NCBI GenBank assembly: GCA_951406725.2
Contig: OX597835.1
Location: 11,222,001-11,286,000 of the forward strand
DNA: 64,000 nt
Origin: Octopus vulgaris
Taxonomy: Eukaryota
Reading direction: 5' to 3'
This document shows, piece after piece, positions 11,230 through 24,236 of this stretch. The position numbers and the translations under genes were made by a program. Positions within the stretch are counted from its first letter, which is position 1; each line of letters opens with the position of its first letter. The notes under the pieces were generated by a model. It was not told the DNA's origin. It did not search any database and was given only the letters and a program-made list of their open reading frames with translations.

Positions 11230-11453
11230 GGCAGCGAGCTGGCAGAAACGTTAGCACGCCGGACGAAATACGTAGCCGTATTTCGTCTGCCGTTACGTTC
11301 TGAGTTCAAATTCCGCCGAGGTCGACTTTGCCTTTCATCCTTTCGGGGGTCGATAAATTAAGTACCAGTTACGCATTGGGGTCGATGTAATCAACTTAAT
11401 CTTCTTGTCTGTCCTCTCTGTGTTTAGCCCCTTGTGGGTAGTAAAGAAATAGG
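11230..11453 (+). mobile_element. SINE family A inserted in a family B tail
   Basis: Full family A sequence flanked by duplicated GGTCCAGTGACTGAAA. Confidence 0.85.
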
Positions 11454-12153
11454 TCCAGTGACTGAAACAAGTAAAAGATAAAATATATGCAGATAAGTGT
11501 GTATATCTTTTGCCGTAGTAACATCAGCAAATGCCAGAGCCATGCTTATGAATAAAGTTCCTTGATAAATTTATTCTACTCCAAGTTACAGACCACTTCT
11601 CTGCAATCTTCCATGATAGATCTGTTTGAAACCTGCAACCAAACAGCGCTGTTCTTCACAATTGCGATATAAAATCTATAAATAGTATAAACAATTCATT
11701 CGCATGTAACAAGATTTCATACAGATGTGGACTTATCCATGGGGTTCGCTTCTCTTTTATCCTTTTACTGCAGCAGATAGTTCCAAGTTAAACATGAGTC
11801 TGGCGAAAGAATCTGGGAATTCTTTTAACAACGCAACATAACAAAATAAATGGGAATAATTTCAGTTAATTAATTTGTCCAAATCACAACTTTTTAGAAA
11901 ATGATTTCTTTATTGTAGTGGGATCTTATCCTCTTCCGAATTTGTAAGAAGAGATGGGTGGATGGCGGGGGGGGGGGTAGTTTGTGCGATATTGAGAATT
12001 CAATGATGTGATCATTTTTAGAACATTTATAGTTTTTCTTTTCTGGTTTTTTTTTTCTTTCTTTTAATATTTTACTCTATTTATTTCATCAATCACACAT
12101 GACAAAATACACAAGCAAAAGTAAACAATACAGGAAACCACAGCAAAATACTA

Positions 12154-12154
12154 C

Positions 12155-12198
<44 letters not shown>

Positions 12199-12239
12199 GT
12201 AATAATAATAATAATAGCAAAAATAAGAATAATGAAAAC

Positions 12240-12278
<39 letters not shown>

Positions 12279-12327
12279 TTTGAATAATAATAATAATGAT
12301 AATGATGATAATGATAATAATAGCAAA

Positions 12328-12374
<47 letters not shown>

Positions 12375-12435
12375 TAATAAAAATTTGAATAATAATAATA
12401 ATAATGATAATAATGGCAAAAATAAGAATAATGAA

Positions 12436-12478
<43 letters not shown>

Positions 12479-12484
12479 GTAATA

Positions 12485-12569
<85 letters not shown>

Positions 12570-12576
12570 TAATAAA

Positions 12577-12617
<41 letters not shown>

Positions 12618-12678
12618 TAATAAAAATTTGAATAATAATAATAATAATGATAATAATGGCAAAAATAAGAATAATGAA

Positions 12679-12770
<92 letters not shown>

Positions 12771-12912
12771 TAATAAAAATAATAATAGCAAAAATAAGAA
12801 TAATGAAAACTAATAATAATAATAATAATGATAATAATAATAGCAAAAATAAGAATAATGAAAATAACTAATAATAATAATAATAATAATAATAATGATA
12901 ATAATAATGATA
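12154..12912 (+). repeat. (AAT)n compound microsatellite with higher-order duplication
   Basis: Recurrent interruptions AAAAATTTGAAT and GCAAAAATAAGAATAATGAAAA. Confidence 0.95.
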
Positions 12913-13383
12913 ATCAAATAAATGAATTTGAAATCATTTGGAAGAAAGAAGGTTACTGAGGATGTGGTGGTGGTGGTGGTGGTGGTGGTGGTGTTGGAAG
13001 AGAAAGAGGAAAAGGAGGAGGTAGGGTGGTGTAATCGGTGGTGGTGATGGTTAGGGAAATTATTGGTGATATTCCTCATCAGAAGTTTATTATGCAAGAT
13101 TATTCAAGCAGTGTCTTTCATTAAAACAAATGATGGAAAATAAAAGAAGATTCTAAAACGATGATCAAGACGTCGGCGCTTTCATTCGGAAGATAGCTAT
13201 TTTTCACTTTGACGAAAATAAACAACAAAAACAAACAAAACAAGGCAAATTTTGTTAAGAACGGCAACAGCAACGACAACAACTAATTGTTACAGCTTAT
13301 CGGTGTGGTCAAAAATAGCTGCAACATCTACGACTCTGATTACAGCATCAAGCAAGCAAACGAGTCGATGGGGAACACAATAA

Positions 13384-13795
13384 TGGCGCAGGAGTGGCTG
13401 TGTGGTAAGTAGCTTGTTTACCAACCACATGGTTCTGGGTTCAGTCCCACTGCGTGGCATCTTGGGCAAGTGTCTTCTGCTATAGCCCCGGGCCGACCAA
13501 TGCCTTGTGAGTGGATTTGGTAGACGGAAACTGAAAGAAGCCTGTTGTATATATGTATATATATATATGTGTGTGTGTGTTTGTTTGTGTGTCTGTGTTT
13601 GTCCCCCTAGCATTGCTTGACAACCGATGCTGGTGTGTTTATGTCCCCGTTACTTAGCGGTTCGGCAAAAGAGACCGATAGAATAAGTACTGGGCTTACA
13701 AAAAGAATAAGTCCCGGGGTCGAGTTGCTCGATTAAAGGCGGTGCTCCAGCATGGCCGCAGTCAAATGACTGAAACAAGTAAAAGAATAAAAGAG
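13384..13795 (+). mobile_element. SINE family B, full length with internal (TA)/(TG) tract
   Basis: Same head as 10580. 3' end CAGCATGGCCGCAGTCAAATGACTGAAACAAGTAAAAGA. Confidence 0.85.
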
Positions 13796-14135
13796 AGAAA
13801 GAGTAAATGGAATCGGAATGATTTCAGGGAATGGACAAGCTGGGCAGGGTTTCAATTCCTGGTTGGTGCTGCTTGTTTTCTCTTTTATTCTTTTTTTTTT
13901 CTGTTTCACAGTTATTTGACTGCAGCCATGCTGGGGCACCACCTAAAAGGGGTTTTAGTCGAAGAAATCAACCCCACGACTTATTCTTTGTTAGCTTAGT
14001 ACTTATTCTATTGGTGTCTTTTGCTGAACTGCCAAGTGTTAGGGACCTAAATACACCAGCAACAGTTGTTAAGTGATAGCAAGGGGACAAATATAGACAC
14101 AAGCATGCGTAAATATATATACATATATATGTATG

Positions 14136-14174
<39 letters not shown>

Positions 14175-14409
14175 CAGGTTTAAATAAAAAGACAACAAAC
14201 AGAAAATTTGACACGCCTATGTATATTCTATTATTATTTTAATTGTTTCAGTAATTTGACTGTGGCCATGCTGGAGCACCACCTTTTGTTGAACAAATCG
14301 ACCTCAGGACTTATTTTTTGTTATTGGGGACAATCATGAAGACAAAGATGCACATATACACCCCCCCCCACATATATATATATATATATATATCTGTATA
14401 TATACATAT

Positions 14410-14900
14410 CATCATCATCATCATCATCATCATCATTTAGCGTCTGCTTTCCATGCTAGCATGGGTTGGATGGTTCAACTGGGGTCTGTGAAGCCAGAAG
14501 GCTGCATCGGCCCAGTCTGATCTGGCAGTGTTTCTATGGCTGGATGCCCTTCCTTACGCCAACCACTCCATGAGTGTAGTGGGTGCTCTTTACGTGCCAC
14601 CCGCACAGGTGCCAGACGGAGCTGGCAAACGGCCACGGACGGATGGTGCTTTTACGTGCCACTGGCATGGGGGCCAGGTGAGGCTGGCAACGGCCACGAA
14701 CGGATGGTGCTTTTTACGTGCCACCGGCACGGAAGCCAGTCCGGGCGGCGCTGGCAACGGCCATGATCGGATGGTTCACTTACTTGTCACCGGCACTGGT
14801 ATCACAGCTGCAATTTCCATTGATGTTGATCGACTTCGATTTTGGTTCTGCTTTCTGATATCTGATTTGATTTGATTTGATTTTGATTTTGATTTTGAAT
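14410..14900 (-). mobile_element. RTE-LINE 3' UTR fragment
   Basis: (ATC)n plus the reverse complement of the family tail and divergent minisatellite units of about 60 bp. Confidence 0.8.
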
Positions 14901-15981
14901 CCATACATTTCTGTGTATATATATATATATATATATATGTATGTAAGTATGTATGTATGTATGTATGTATGGATGGATGGATGGATGGATGGATGGATGG
15001 ACGGACGGACGGACAGACGGATGGATGGATGTATGTATGTATAGGATGCAGTAAATAAATTGTCTTCTAAATTATGCAAAAATGAAAATAACACCAATAT
15101 TTCATTTTAACAGATATATTTACCAAAATTACATAAAAATATCTTAAAATAGAGAAGTTGATCCCAGTAAGATCTGAACCTATAAAATAAATGATTACAG
15201 GGAATACTTTGCACCTGTACACTTTTCTATTCCCTGTTACCATTCGTGACACTGCCACTTCTAGCAACAAATAATTACTTTAACCAAGAGAAATTGAACG
15301 TGCTCAAGTAAATAGAGACAAAAATTGATTTTTGAGTATTTTAATACTGGAAAAAGAAGAAAAATTAAGTTTTTTTACTGAAATTTAATTGATAGCCTCA
15401 AATGAAATTTGCTGAAATTCAAATTTGTTGTATGATGCCATCCAAGAACTTTCACAATCTTTCGATTCTCCAGTCTTTGTCTCTTTTGTATCTCTGATCT
15501 GTGCCTCATCTGCTAACAGACCAATTTGGTCCACAACCAAAAATCCTTTTTTCTTCTTTCCCAACCTGTTGGCTTCCTTTTATTTCTTTTCTTCTCCTCT
15601 TTTATTTCTATCACGTTTCTTTCTCTTCCTTCTTATTCTTGTTCTTTTCTACTTTTTTCTTCTCCTCTTCTTACTCCTCCCCTCTTACTCCTCCTCCTCC
15701 TCCTCCCCCTCTACCCTCTTCCTTCTTCTTGTCCTTAACATTCTGGGTTCAAATCTTGTTGATATCATCTTTCACTTTCATCCCTCTGGGTCCCATCACA
15801 TATCCCCCTACCTCACAACATTGCAAATGCTGGTGTGTTTACGTCCCCGTAACTTTGGCAAAATGGATCGATAGAATAAGTACTAGGCTTACAAAGAATA
15901 AGTCCTGGGGTCAATTTGTTCAACTAAAGGCAGTGCTCCAGCATGGTCACAATCAAATGACTGAAACAAGTAAAAGAGTTA

Positions 15982-16478
15982 GGCAATGACTAGTGACCAA
16001 GACCTTTGGAGATACGGTGTGCTTGAGAAGACCCGACAAGCCAGGTGAGACCATAACCCGTGGCCTATGCCAATGGGTGTAACCAGCCCACTTATGAGTA
16101 CCTCTCATTCATTGGACTATAAACTTTGCTTGCAAAGACATGTTGAGGCAAGTGAAGTCAAAATCAAAATTGCTGACGTGGTCAATGACAGTACCACCTG
16201 ATTGGCACTCATGCTAGTGGAACATTAAAAGCACCTTCCAAGGCATGATCGTTGGCAGAACTGCCTGACTGGCCCTCGTGCTGGTGGCATGTAAAAGCAC
16301 CTACATTCTCAGAGTGGTTGGTGTTAAGAAGGGCATCCAGCTGTAGAAACTTTGCCAGATCAGATTGGAGCCTGGTGCAGCTTTCTGGCTTGCCAGTCCT
16401 CAGTCAAACTGTCCAACCCATGACAGCATGGAAAGCAGATGTTAAACGAGGATGATGATGATGATGATGATGATGATA
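15982..16478 (+). mobile_element. 5'-truncated RTE LINE (ORF end plus 3' UTR)
   Basis: GGCAATGACTAGTGACC...GTGCTTGAGAAGAC is colinear with 59810-60392 and ends in (GAT)n. Confidence 0.85.
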
Positions 16479-17094
16479 TATATCAAACATTGAGAGTACA
16501 TGGCCTAGATGTTAGGCCTTGCACTCAGAGTTGCAAGATTGTAGTTTCAATTCCTGGACGAAGTGCATTGTGTTCTCCAGTGAGCAAAACACTTTGTCTC
16601 ACACTGCTCTGCAGCCACTTTAATATCTGACCTATGGCACACTTTGCACCTGTACAGGTAATGTCAATTTGATGGAGGGAATGAGCGAATGTGTAGTACA
16701 AGCATTTGATCATTATCAACAAATCATCCGTGGAGGTTGTTGTGCAAGAAATTGTTGAACCCTCACCTGTCGCTGTGTGACAGGGGAATCAACCAGGTGA
16801 AAGAGAGTGTTTCCATGCATGACACATTATCTGTTAGTTTAAGGCTTGGTAATTGCTTCCACATTAAATGTCTGTTTCCTATACAACGTGAATTCAAGCA
16901 TCACATCAAATGGTAGGTTAAAGTGCAGGTTTGAAGCCACATCATTTAATAAGAAATGCTGAAAATGCTATTGGTATCCTTATGCCAAATACAAGGGTCA
17001 GGTTAAAAGTTCATAGACCAACCAAGGTACTCTCATGGAATACGACCAAATGAGGTTTATTTTTCAGCATACCCCACCTGCCTAGTGGTTCACA

Positions 17095-17328
17095 CCTATT
17101 TCTTTACTGCCCACAAGGGGCTAAACACAGAGGGGACAAACAAGGAAAGACAAACGGAATAAATCGATTATATCGACCCCAGTGCGTAACTGGTACTTAA
17201 TTTATTGACCCCGAAAGGATGAAAGGCAAAGTCGACCTCGGCGGAATTTGAACTTAGAACGTAACGGCAGACGAAATACGGCTACGCTTTTCGCCCGGCG
17301 TGCTAACGTTTCTGCCAGCTCGCCGCCT
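17095..17328 (-). mobile_element. SINE family A with target-site duplication
   Basis: TSD AGTGGTTCACACCT at 17084-17097 and 17331-17344. Confidence 0.9.
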
Positions 17329-17798
17329 TAAGTGGTTCACACCTTCCTTCTGTTGGTTTTGCACTGCTTGGATCCCATTTGGTGAAGAAGCTTCCATCCT
17401 GTTGGTCAAAAAAAATTTCATCAACAGCAGATATGACATCATTGTCATCACTGTTATACCGGTTCCCAGCCAAGTATTTTTGCTGTTGGGAAACAGCTGA
17501 TAGTGAGATAGAGCCAAATCAGAAGAACAGGGAAGATGACCAACCAGCTGAAGACCACAGTCCTGCACAGCAGCCACTGAAATGAAGGAATTGTTTGCAG
17601 TAGCATTGTCCCCATGAAACAAGACCCCTTTTGTCTATGCCCCTGTCCATTTGGTCTTGATAGTTTTTCATAACTGCCTCAGCAAGTTAGCAGAATACTC
17701 TCCATTGATGGTCTGACCCTTTTGAAGATAGTCAATAGACACGATGCTTTTTGCATCCCAACAAACCAAGGCCATCACCTTCCCTGCTGATGAAACGA

Positions 17799-18032
17799 CC
17801 TATTTCTTTATTACCCACAAGGGGCTAAACATAGAGGGGACAAACAAGGACAGACACATGGATCAAGTCGATTACATCGACCCCAGTCCATAACTGGTAC
17901 TTAATTTACCGACCCCAGAAGGATGAAAGGTAAAGTCGACCTCGGCGGAATTTGAACTCAGAACGCAGCGGCGGACGAAATACCGCTAAGCATTTCGCCC
18001 GGTGTGCTAACGTTTCTGCCAGCTCGCCACCT
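17799..18032 (-). mobile_element. SINE family A with target-site duplication
   Basis: TSD TGATGAAACGACC at 17788-17800 and 18033-18045. Confidence 0.9.
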
Positions 18033-18479
18033 TGATGAAACGACCGTGGCCTTCTTTGGAACAGATGAGGAGGGGGTGTATCCACTGCATGGATTCTCTC
18101 TTTGTCTCTGGCTCAAGGGGATGAAGCCAACACCCATCCTGGATTGGGAAACATTCAGAGAAACAAGATGGATCTGCCTCAAACAGTGTCAAATTTTCTT
18201 TGTGATGTGATCAGCTTTTGATCAGGTGTCAGATGATGTGGCACCTACTGGACAGAAACCTCCTTTGTCATGCCAAGTTCATTGTGCAGAATATTCTCAA
18301 CTCTCTCATGGGATATGCTAATGGTATCGGCTATTTGATTTGTAGTCAGTCATAATAAGTACTAGGCTTACAAAGAATAAGTCCCAGGGTCAGTTTGCTC
18401 GACTAAAGGCAGTGTTCCAGCATGGCCACAGGCAAATGACTGAAACAAGTAAAAGAGTAACAAAGCTACCAGTGGTTTC

Positions 18480-19045
18480 ATGTAGAGAAAAATCTTTCAA
18501 CAATTGTCCACGACCTCTAAAGAGTTTCCAGGACATTTGAGAGAATCATTTCCCTGTGTTTCTGTTACTTTTATGACTCTTAGCCTATGTTATGCTACCC
18601 TCGAGGCCCTTCAATTCCAGATATGGCATCCACACCCAGAATGTCTTTTCTAGTTCTGTCACTGAATCAGCAATGAAAGCAAGATCTTCAGCATATATAC
18701 CCAGGGGCAGCCAGTCTTGAATTCTTCTGCTATTGTCTGGAGGATCTAGATGAAAAGGTGGGAACTAGGTACTGATACCTGATGAATGCTTACCTGTACA
18801 CCAAATTTATCACTGTACTCGTGGTTAAATCTCGTCTTACTAGTCGAGCTTTGGTACATGCCCAGTACAGCTTTCACAGGCCACTTGTCTACTCCTAGCT
18901 TCCTTAGAGCCCACCATATAATACAACAGGGTACTCTATCAAAGGTATTCTCCAGATCAACAAATACCAAGTACAATGGCTTTTTCATTCTTAGATAAGT
19001 ACTTCTCTTGCAGTTGCTTCGTTATAAAAATAGCATCGGTACTGC
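18480..19045 (-). mobile_element. RTE-clade LINE reverse transcriptase fragment (decayed)
   Basis: STDAIFITKQLQEKY, KPLYLVFVDLENTFDRVP..IIWWALRKLGV, VSIHQVSVPSSHLF and YAEDL (degenerate YADD). Confidence 0.9.
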
Positions 19046-19219
19046 TTCTTGAAAATAGCGCTGACAGTGCTTTATACATATATACATACATATATACACA
19101 TGTATGTATGTGTGTATGTATGTCAGTATACACACACACACAAAATATAAATATATCTCAATATATACAAAAGTACATATGTATATCTCCTAGTGTGTTT
19201 GTGTGGATATATACTTATA

Positions 19220-19505
19220 TGTGTGTGTGTATGTGTATGTGTGTGTGAGAGTGTGTGTGTGAGTGTGTGTGTGTGTGTGCGTGTGAGAGTGTGTGTGTGT
19301 GTGTGAGAGAGAGTGTGAGAGAGAGAGAGTGAGTGTGTGAGAGAGAGAGAGTGTGTGTGTGTGTGAGAGTGTGTGTGAGAGAGAGAGAGTGAGTGTGTGA
19401 GAGAGAGAGTGTGTGTGTATGTGTGAGTGAGTGTGTGCGTGTGAGAGTGTGTGTGTGTGTGAGTGTGTGTGTGTGAGAGAGAGAGTGTGTGTGTGTGTGT
19501 GAGAG

Positions 19506-19537
<32 letters not shown>

Positions 19538-19567
19538 CATGTGAGAGTGTGTGTGTGTGTGAGAGAG

Positions 19568-19608
<41 letters not shown>

Positions 19609-19671
19609 GAGAGTGTGTGTGTGCGTGTGAGAGTGTGTGTGAGAGAGAGAGTGTGTGTGTGTGTGTGTGAG

Positions 19672-19708
<37 letters not shown>

Positions 19709-19764
19709 GAGAGTGTGAGTGTGTGTGAGAGAGAGAGAGTGTGTGTGTGTGTGTGTGTGTGTGT
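19220..19764 (+). repeat. (GT)n/(GA)n compound microsatellite
   Basis: Seen directly. Confidence 0.95.
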
Positions 19765-20204
19765 ATTTGTTTTATATATGTAATTAAAATTTTAGCTTTT
19801 GTTTATGCATGTTTTGTTAAAGAGATGACTTGAAATGCTATGAACCAATCTAATTTCGAGTTGGTTTTATTCTTTAGCTTCAATAAAGAAATCATTACCG
19901 GACGCAAACGCTGCTTTCCTCCACCAAACATTATTATTCAATATATCCATTTATAACCACAAACTATAGAAATAACGAAACTAAGTTAATTAGCACCAAT
20001 AAGACACGAACACAATCTAAGAAATCCATTTAGACACATATGCACAAAGCAATAAATACGCAAAGCATTTTCAATTAATAATGAAAACCGAAGACGCTAT
20101 TTTAATAAAAAAAAAAAATTAAAAATTAAAATAAATAAGAAGTGGAAAACAGTGTCTGTCTTTCTCTGTTCTGTTTTGTCAAACCACACCTCCAATATCT
20201 CAGC

Positions 20205-20285
20205 AGTGTCTTCCCACTAACAGCCAACCAATCACAACGCAGTTCCTTCTATATAAGCCATCCAATCACATCACGATGGCCACCC
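20205..20285. promoter_or_regulatory. Candidate promoter or enhancer: two CCAATCAC boxes around TATATAA
   Basis: CCAAT at 20228 and 20262 (34 bp apart), TATATAAG at 20250 and TTCCCAC at 20211, all in non-repetitive sequence. Confidence 0.35.
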
Positions 20286-20467
20286 GTTTAATCCATTCTG
20301 AAACTTGCGTATATCTTCCTCTTAACTAATCACTAACAGAAATCCATTATTCATATTGTTCGCTAACTTACTTTCCAGCTCTCGAGCTCTCTGGCTGTAA
20401 CCTTTCTTTAATACTGAATAATGCTGAAGAAGGCTAGGGCTACACTTGTGTTCAAAAGCTCTGTTAA

Positions 20468-20687
20468 CCCTTTTGATACCAACCCGGCTGAACCCGGCTC
20501 TGGCTCTATAGTACAAATGTCTTGTTTTCATAAGTCTTGAATTAAAATCTTCCACAAACCTTAGTCACAATTTATGTTCCTAACACCAGCTGAATGATAA
20601 CTAAGTTATTTTACTAAATTCTTTGTCATATTTTAAAATAATTGAAATAACACAGAGCATCTCAATATAAATACAGTAACAAAAGGG
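20468..20687 (+). mobile_element. piggyBac-type MITE
   Basis: TTAA|CCCTTTTG...CAAAAGGG|TTAA. Same family as 484-692. Confidence 0.85.
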
Positions 20688-20941
20688 TTAATCATTCTTC
20701 TTTGTGCAATAAACCTTATACTGAACCCATGCCCAACATATTGCTTCTTGTCCTTCTCTATATTGCTGTCTTATAAACGGTTTCTGATGTGATGTCAGCA
20801 TAAATGTTAGTGCAGTTCTATATTTAAGAGATGAGGAATTATGTACACTATTTACATTTGATGGATATTTGTCCTCATCTTGTTTGTTATTAACGTTTCG
20901 ACACACACGCATTTATGTACATTATATATATATATATATAT

Positions 20942-21315
20942 CATCATCATCATCATTTAACGTCCGCTTTCCATGCTAGCATGGGTTGGACGGTTCAACT
21001 GGGGTCTGGGGAGCCCGAAGGATGCACCAGGCCAGTCAGATCTGGCAGTGTTTCTACAGCTTGATGCCCTTCCTAACGCCAACCACTCTGAGAGTGTAGT
21101 GGGTGATTTTATGTGCCACCGACACAGGTGCCAGACGAGGCTGGCGAATGGCCACACTCGGATGGTGTTTTTTATGTGCCACCGACACAGGTGCCAGACG
21201 AGGCTGGCAGACGGCCACGCTCGGATGGTGTTTTTATGTGGTACCACAAAGATACAAATTCCATTGATGTTCATCTATTTTGATTTGTTTTGATTTTCAC
21301 TTGCCTCAACAGGTC
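20942..21315 (-). mobile_element. RTE-LINE 3' UTR fragment with two 63-bp units
   Basis: Nearly identical to the start of 39510-40400. Confidence 0.85.
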
Positions 21316-21346
<31 letters not shown>

Positions 21347-22636
21347 TCTCACACCAGCTGCTCTGTGAAGTGGTTAGCATTAGGAAGGGCATCCAGCTAT
21401 AAAATCCATGCCAAAAGAGACAGTGGAGATTGGTGCAACCCTCTGGTTTACCAGCTCCTGTCAAACCAATCAACCCATGCCAGCATGGAAGATGGATTTC
21501 AACTGATGATGATGCTGATGATAATGACGACGATGATGATAGGTGTGTGTGTGTGTGTACATGCCTGCATCAATGATATTGTCTCCTTTCCTTGACATTG
21601 GATGATAGTTGTAAGCGAGTGTCTGTCATCATCATGCAAGGAGTCCCCTTTGTTTCCAATCTTCCATGAAAACATGTCTGGCCTTGAAGAAATATTAATT
21701 TACTTGGAAGCAGGTGAGGTTTGGCAACAGGAAAGACATCCAACCATAAAAAATTCACCTCAACAAATTCCATTTGCCTCATGCCAGCATCGAAAGGTGT
21801 ATATTAAACAATGATGATGATGACAATGCAACAGGCTTCTTCCAGTTTCCATCTACCAAATCCATTGAAAATGACAATGAGGAATGGTAGCAGTGGTGGT
21901 GGTGGTGGGGTGATAGTTGTTGGGTAGTGGTGGTGGTGGTAGGTATGGCATTTCTTGCTTACAGATATAACTGTGGTGGATATTGGAGGTCTCCATCATT
22001 GTTGTTATGGCGACTGCAACAATTGATAGTATTGTTGCTGTTTTTGTTGATGTGGTAGTGTTGGTTACTAGTTGTTTGTGTTTGGTAATCGTGGTAGTGA
22101 CAGTGATTGCAGTGATGGCATTGTCATCTCTTTTCTGTGATTTTTATGATCTATTAAGGGATGATTTTTATAGGGAAGATGAGTAAGTCATGATTTCAGT
22201 AATATTTCAACAAGTCCAACTTTGCATTTATAGAAATATTAATAAAAAAGCGTAAATCATTAAATTTCACTCAATTTAGATGTCTTTACATTGGAGCACA
22301 AATGAGAAATAAAAAAAAATCAATACAAACAAAAGTAATGAAATTATTTTATGTATGTTGAAGGTATTTATATGTGTGTCAATGAAATATATATATATAT
22401 ATATATATATATTGTATGTGTGTGTGTTTGGAAAATAGTATATATGGGTTGGGTTGAAGAAATATGTGACAGTCAAGGAAAGGAAATATGTGTGTGTGTA
22501 TATGTATATGTGTTATTATATGTATATATGTATGTGTGTGGTGTAGAAATTTATGTATGTGTATATGTTGAAGAAAATTATATTTGTGTCAAAAGGATAT
22601 AAAATGTGTGTCAAAGAAATTTAAATATATATATAG

Positions 22637-22670
<34 letters not shown>

Positions 22671-22703
22671 GTATATATATATATATAAATATATATATAT
22701 ATC

Positions 22704-22749
<46 letters not shown>

Positions 22750-22842
22750 TATGTGTGTATGTACATATATATGTACACACATACAAATTAGTGTCTTAAA
22801 ATTGTATATGTGTGCTGGACCAAATTAAATGTGTTGAAGAAA

Positions 22843-22909
<67 letters not shown>

Positions 22910-22999
22910 ATGCACACATATATATAAAGTACATTGTGTGGTAAAGAAATTTAATATATATGAATACATATATATGGCCAGTGTGCGTGTGTGTATGTA

Positions 23000-23041
<42 letters not shown>

Positions 23042-23129
23042 TATATGTATATGTGTATATATATATATATATGTACATATGTATATATATATATATACAT
23101 ATGTATGTATATATATATATGTATGTGTA

Positions 23130-23169
<40 letters not shown>

Positions 23170-23814
23170 TACACACACATACATATATGTTTGCTGAAGA
23201 AATATATATTTGTTTGCCAAAATCAATAAACTGAGACTAGTTGATATCAGCAAATTATGATGGAATATAATAAGACAAATTAAACGAGGGAAACAAAGTT
23301 AAAATCATGATCGCAAGATTGATTTTATTCAAAAGAAAAAAAGAAAAAATAGCCGAATAATTCAAGAGATCTTCGTTGTGTGTTTTTCATCTGTTTCCTT
23401 GGATTTTCTTTAGGTTTTATGATTCACTAAATCCATTTGTTCAACCAAATGAAACTCCTGCTGGATAAATTAATTTGTAAGTGGTTGGGTATTCCACAGA
23501 CTTGTGAATTCTTAATATAATTTTCCAGTTGAATTCACATAACACAGTTTGTACCTGTGAGTCAAAGACAGTTCTTCAAATTTCAGAACAGTCCTTTTAG
23601 AAAATTGAGTTGATAGGAACATAGTTTTCTCTCTGTCTGTCTGTCTGTCTGTCTCTCACTCACACACACACATACACACAAGGAAAGGAAATGACAAAGG
23701 AACACACAATTATCTTGTATGATTATGATGCTCGTTTACAACTATTAAGGTAATGTGAAGACGAGTAAAATACTAAATTCTTCATTATTTAATATAATTA
23801 ATTGAAACAAAAGC

Positions 23815-24118
23815 AGCGTGATCGTTACCAGCATCGCCTCACTGGCACCTGTGCCGGTGGCATGTGTAAAAAGATTCAAGCGAGGTCGTTGCCAGTACTG
23901 CCTGACTGGCCCCCGTGCTGGTGGCATGTAAAAAGCACCCACTACACTCTCGGAGTGTTTGGCGTTAGGAAGGGCATCCAGCTGTAGAAACTCTGCCAAA
24001 TCAAGACTGGAGTCTGGTGCAGCCATCTGGTTCTCCAGTCCTCAGTCAAATCGTCCAACCCATGCTAGCATGGAAAGTGGACGTTAAATGGTGATGATGA
24101 TGATGATGATGATGATGA
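23815..24118 (+). mobile_element. RTE-LINE 3' UTR fragment
   Basis: GGCGTTAGGAAGGGCATCCAGCTGTAGAAAC followed by (GAT)n. Confidence 0.85.
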
Positions 24119-24157
24119 CTTCATTAGATTATTGTTGTTTCTGTTATAAGATTTGAG

Positions 24158-24236
24158 GCTCTGATGAAGCTATAGGGTGTTACTCAGACACTCAATTATG
24201 AGTCCATTGCACCTTGAAGCAGAAACAACTGTAAGC
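24158..24236 (+). ncRNA. Type I hammerhead-ribozyme-like motif with extended stem II
   Basis: GCT-CTGATGA-aGCTatAGGGTG...CACCTTgaAGCa-GAAAC-AACT-GTA-AGC. Related copies at 32658-32833. Confidence 0.6.

Larger units (their letters stand above)
16991..18350 (-). mobile_element. Decayed mariner (DD34D) transposon interrupted by two SINEs
   Basis: Remnants EPETKRESMQW, PKKATVVSSAGKVMA..WDAKSIVSIDYLQKGQTINGEY, and HGDNA...GHLPCSSDLALSHY (degenerate HPPYSPDLAPSDY). Confidence 0.85.

Noticed and set aside
12093-12871. Long poly-Asn/Ile/Leu ORFs
   Set aside because: (AAT)n microsatellite artefact.
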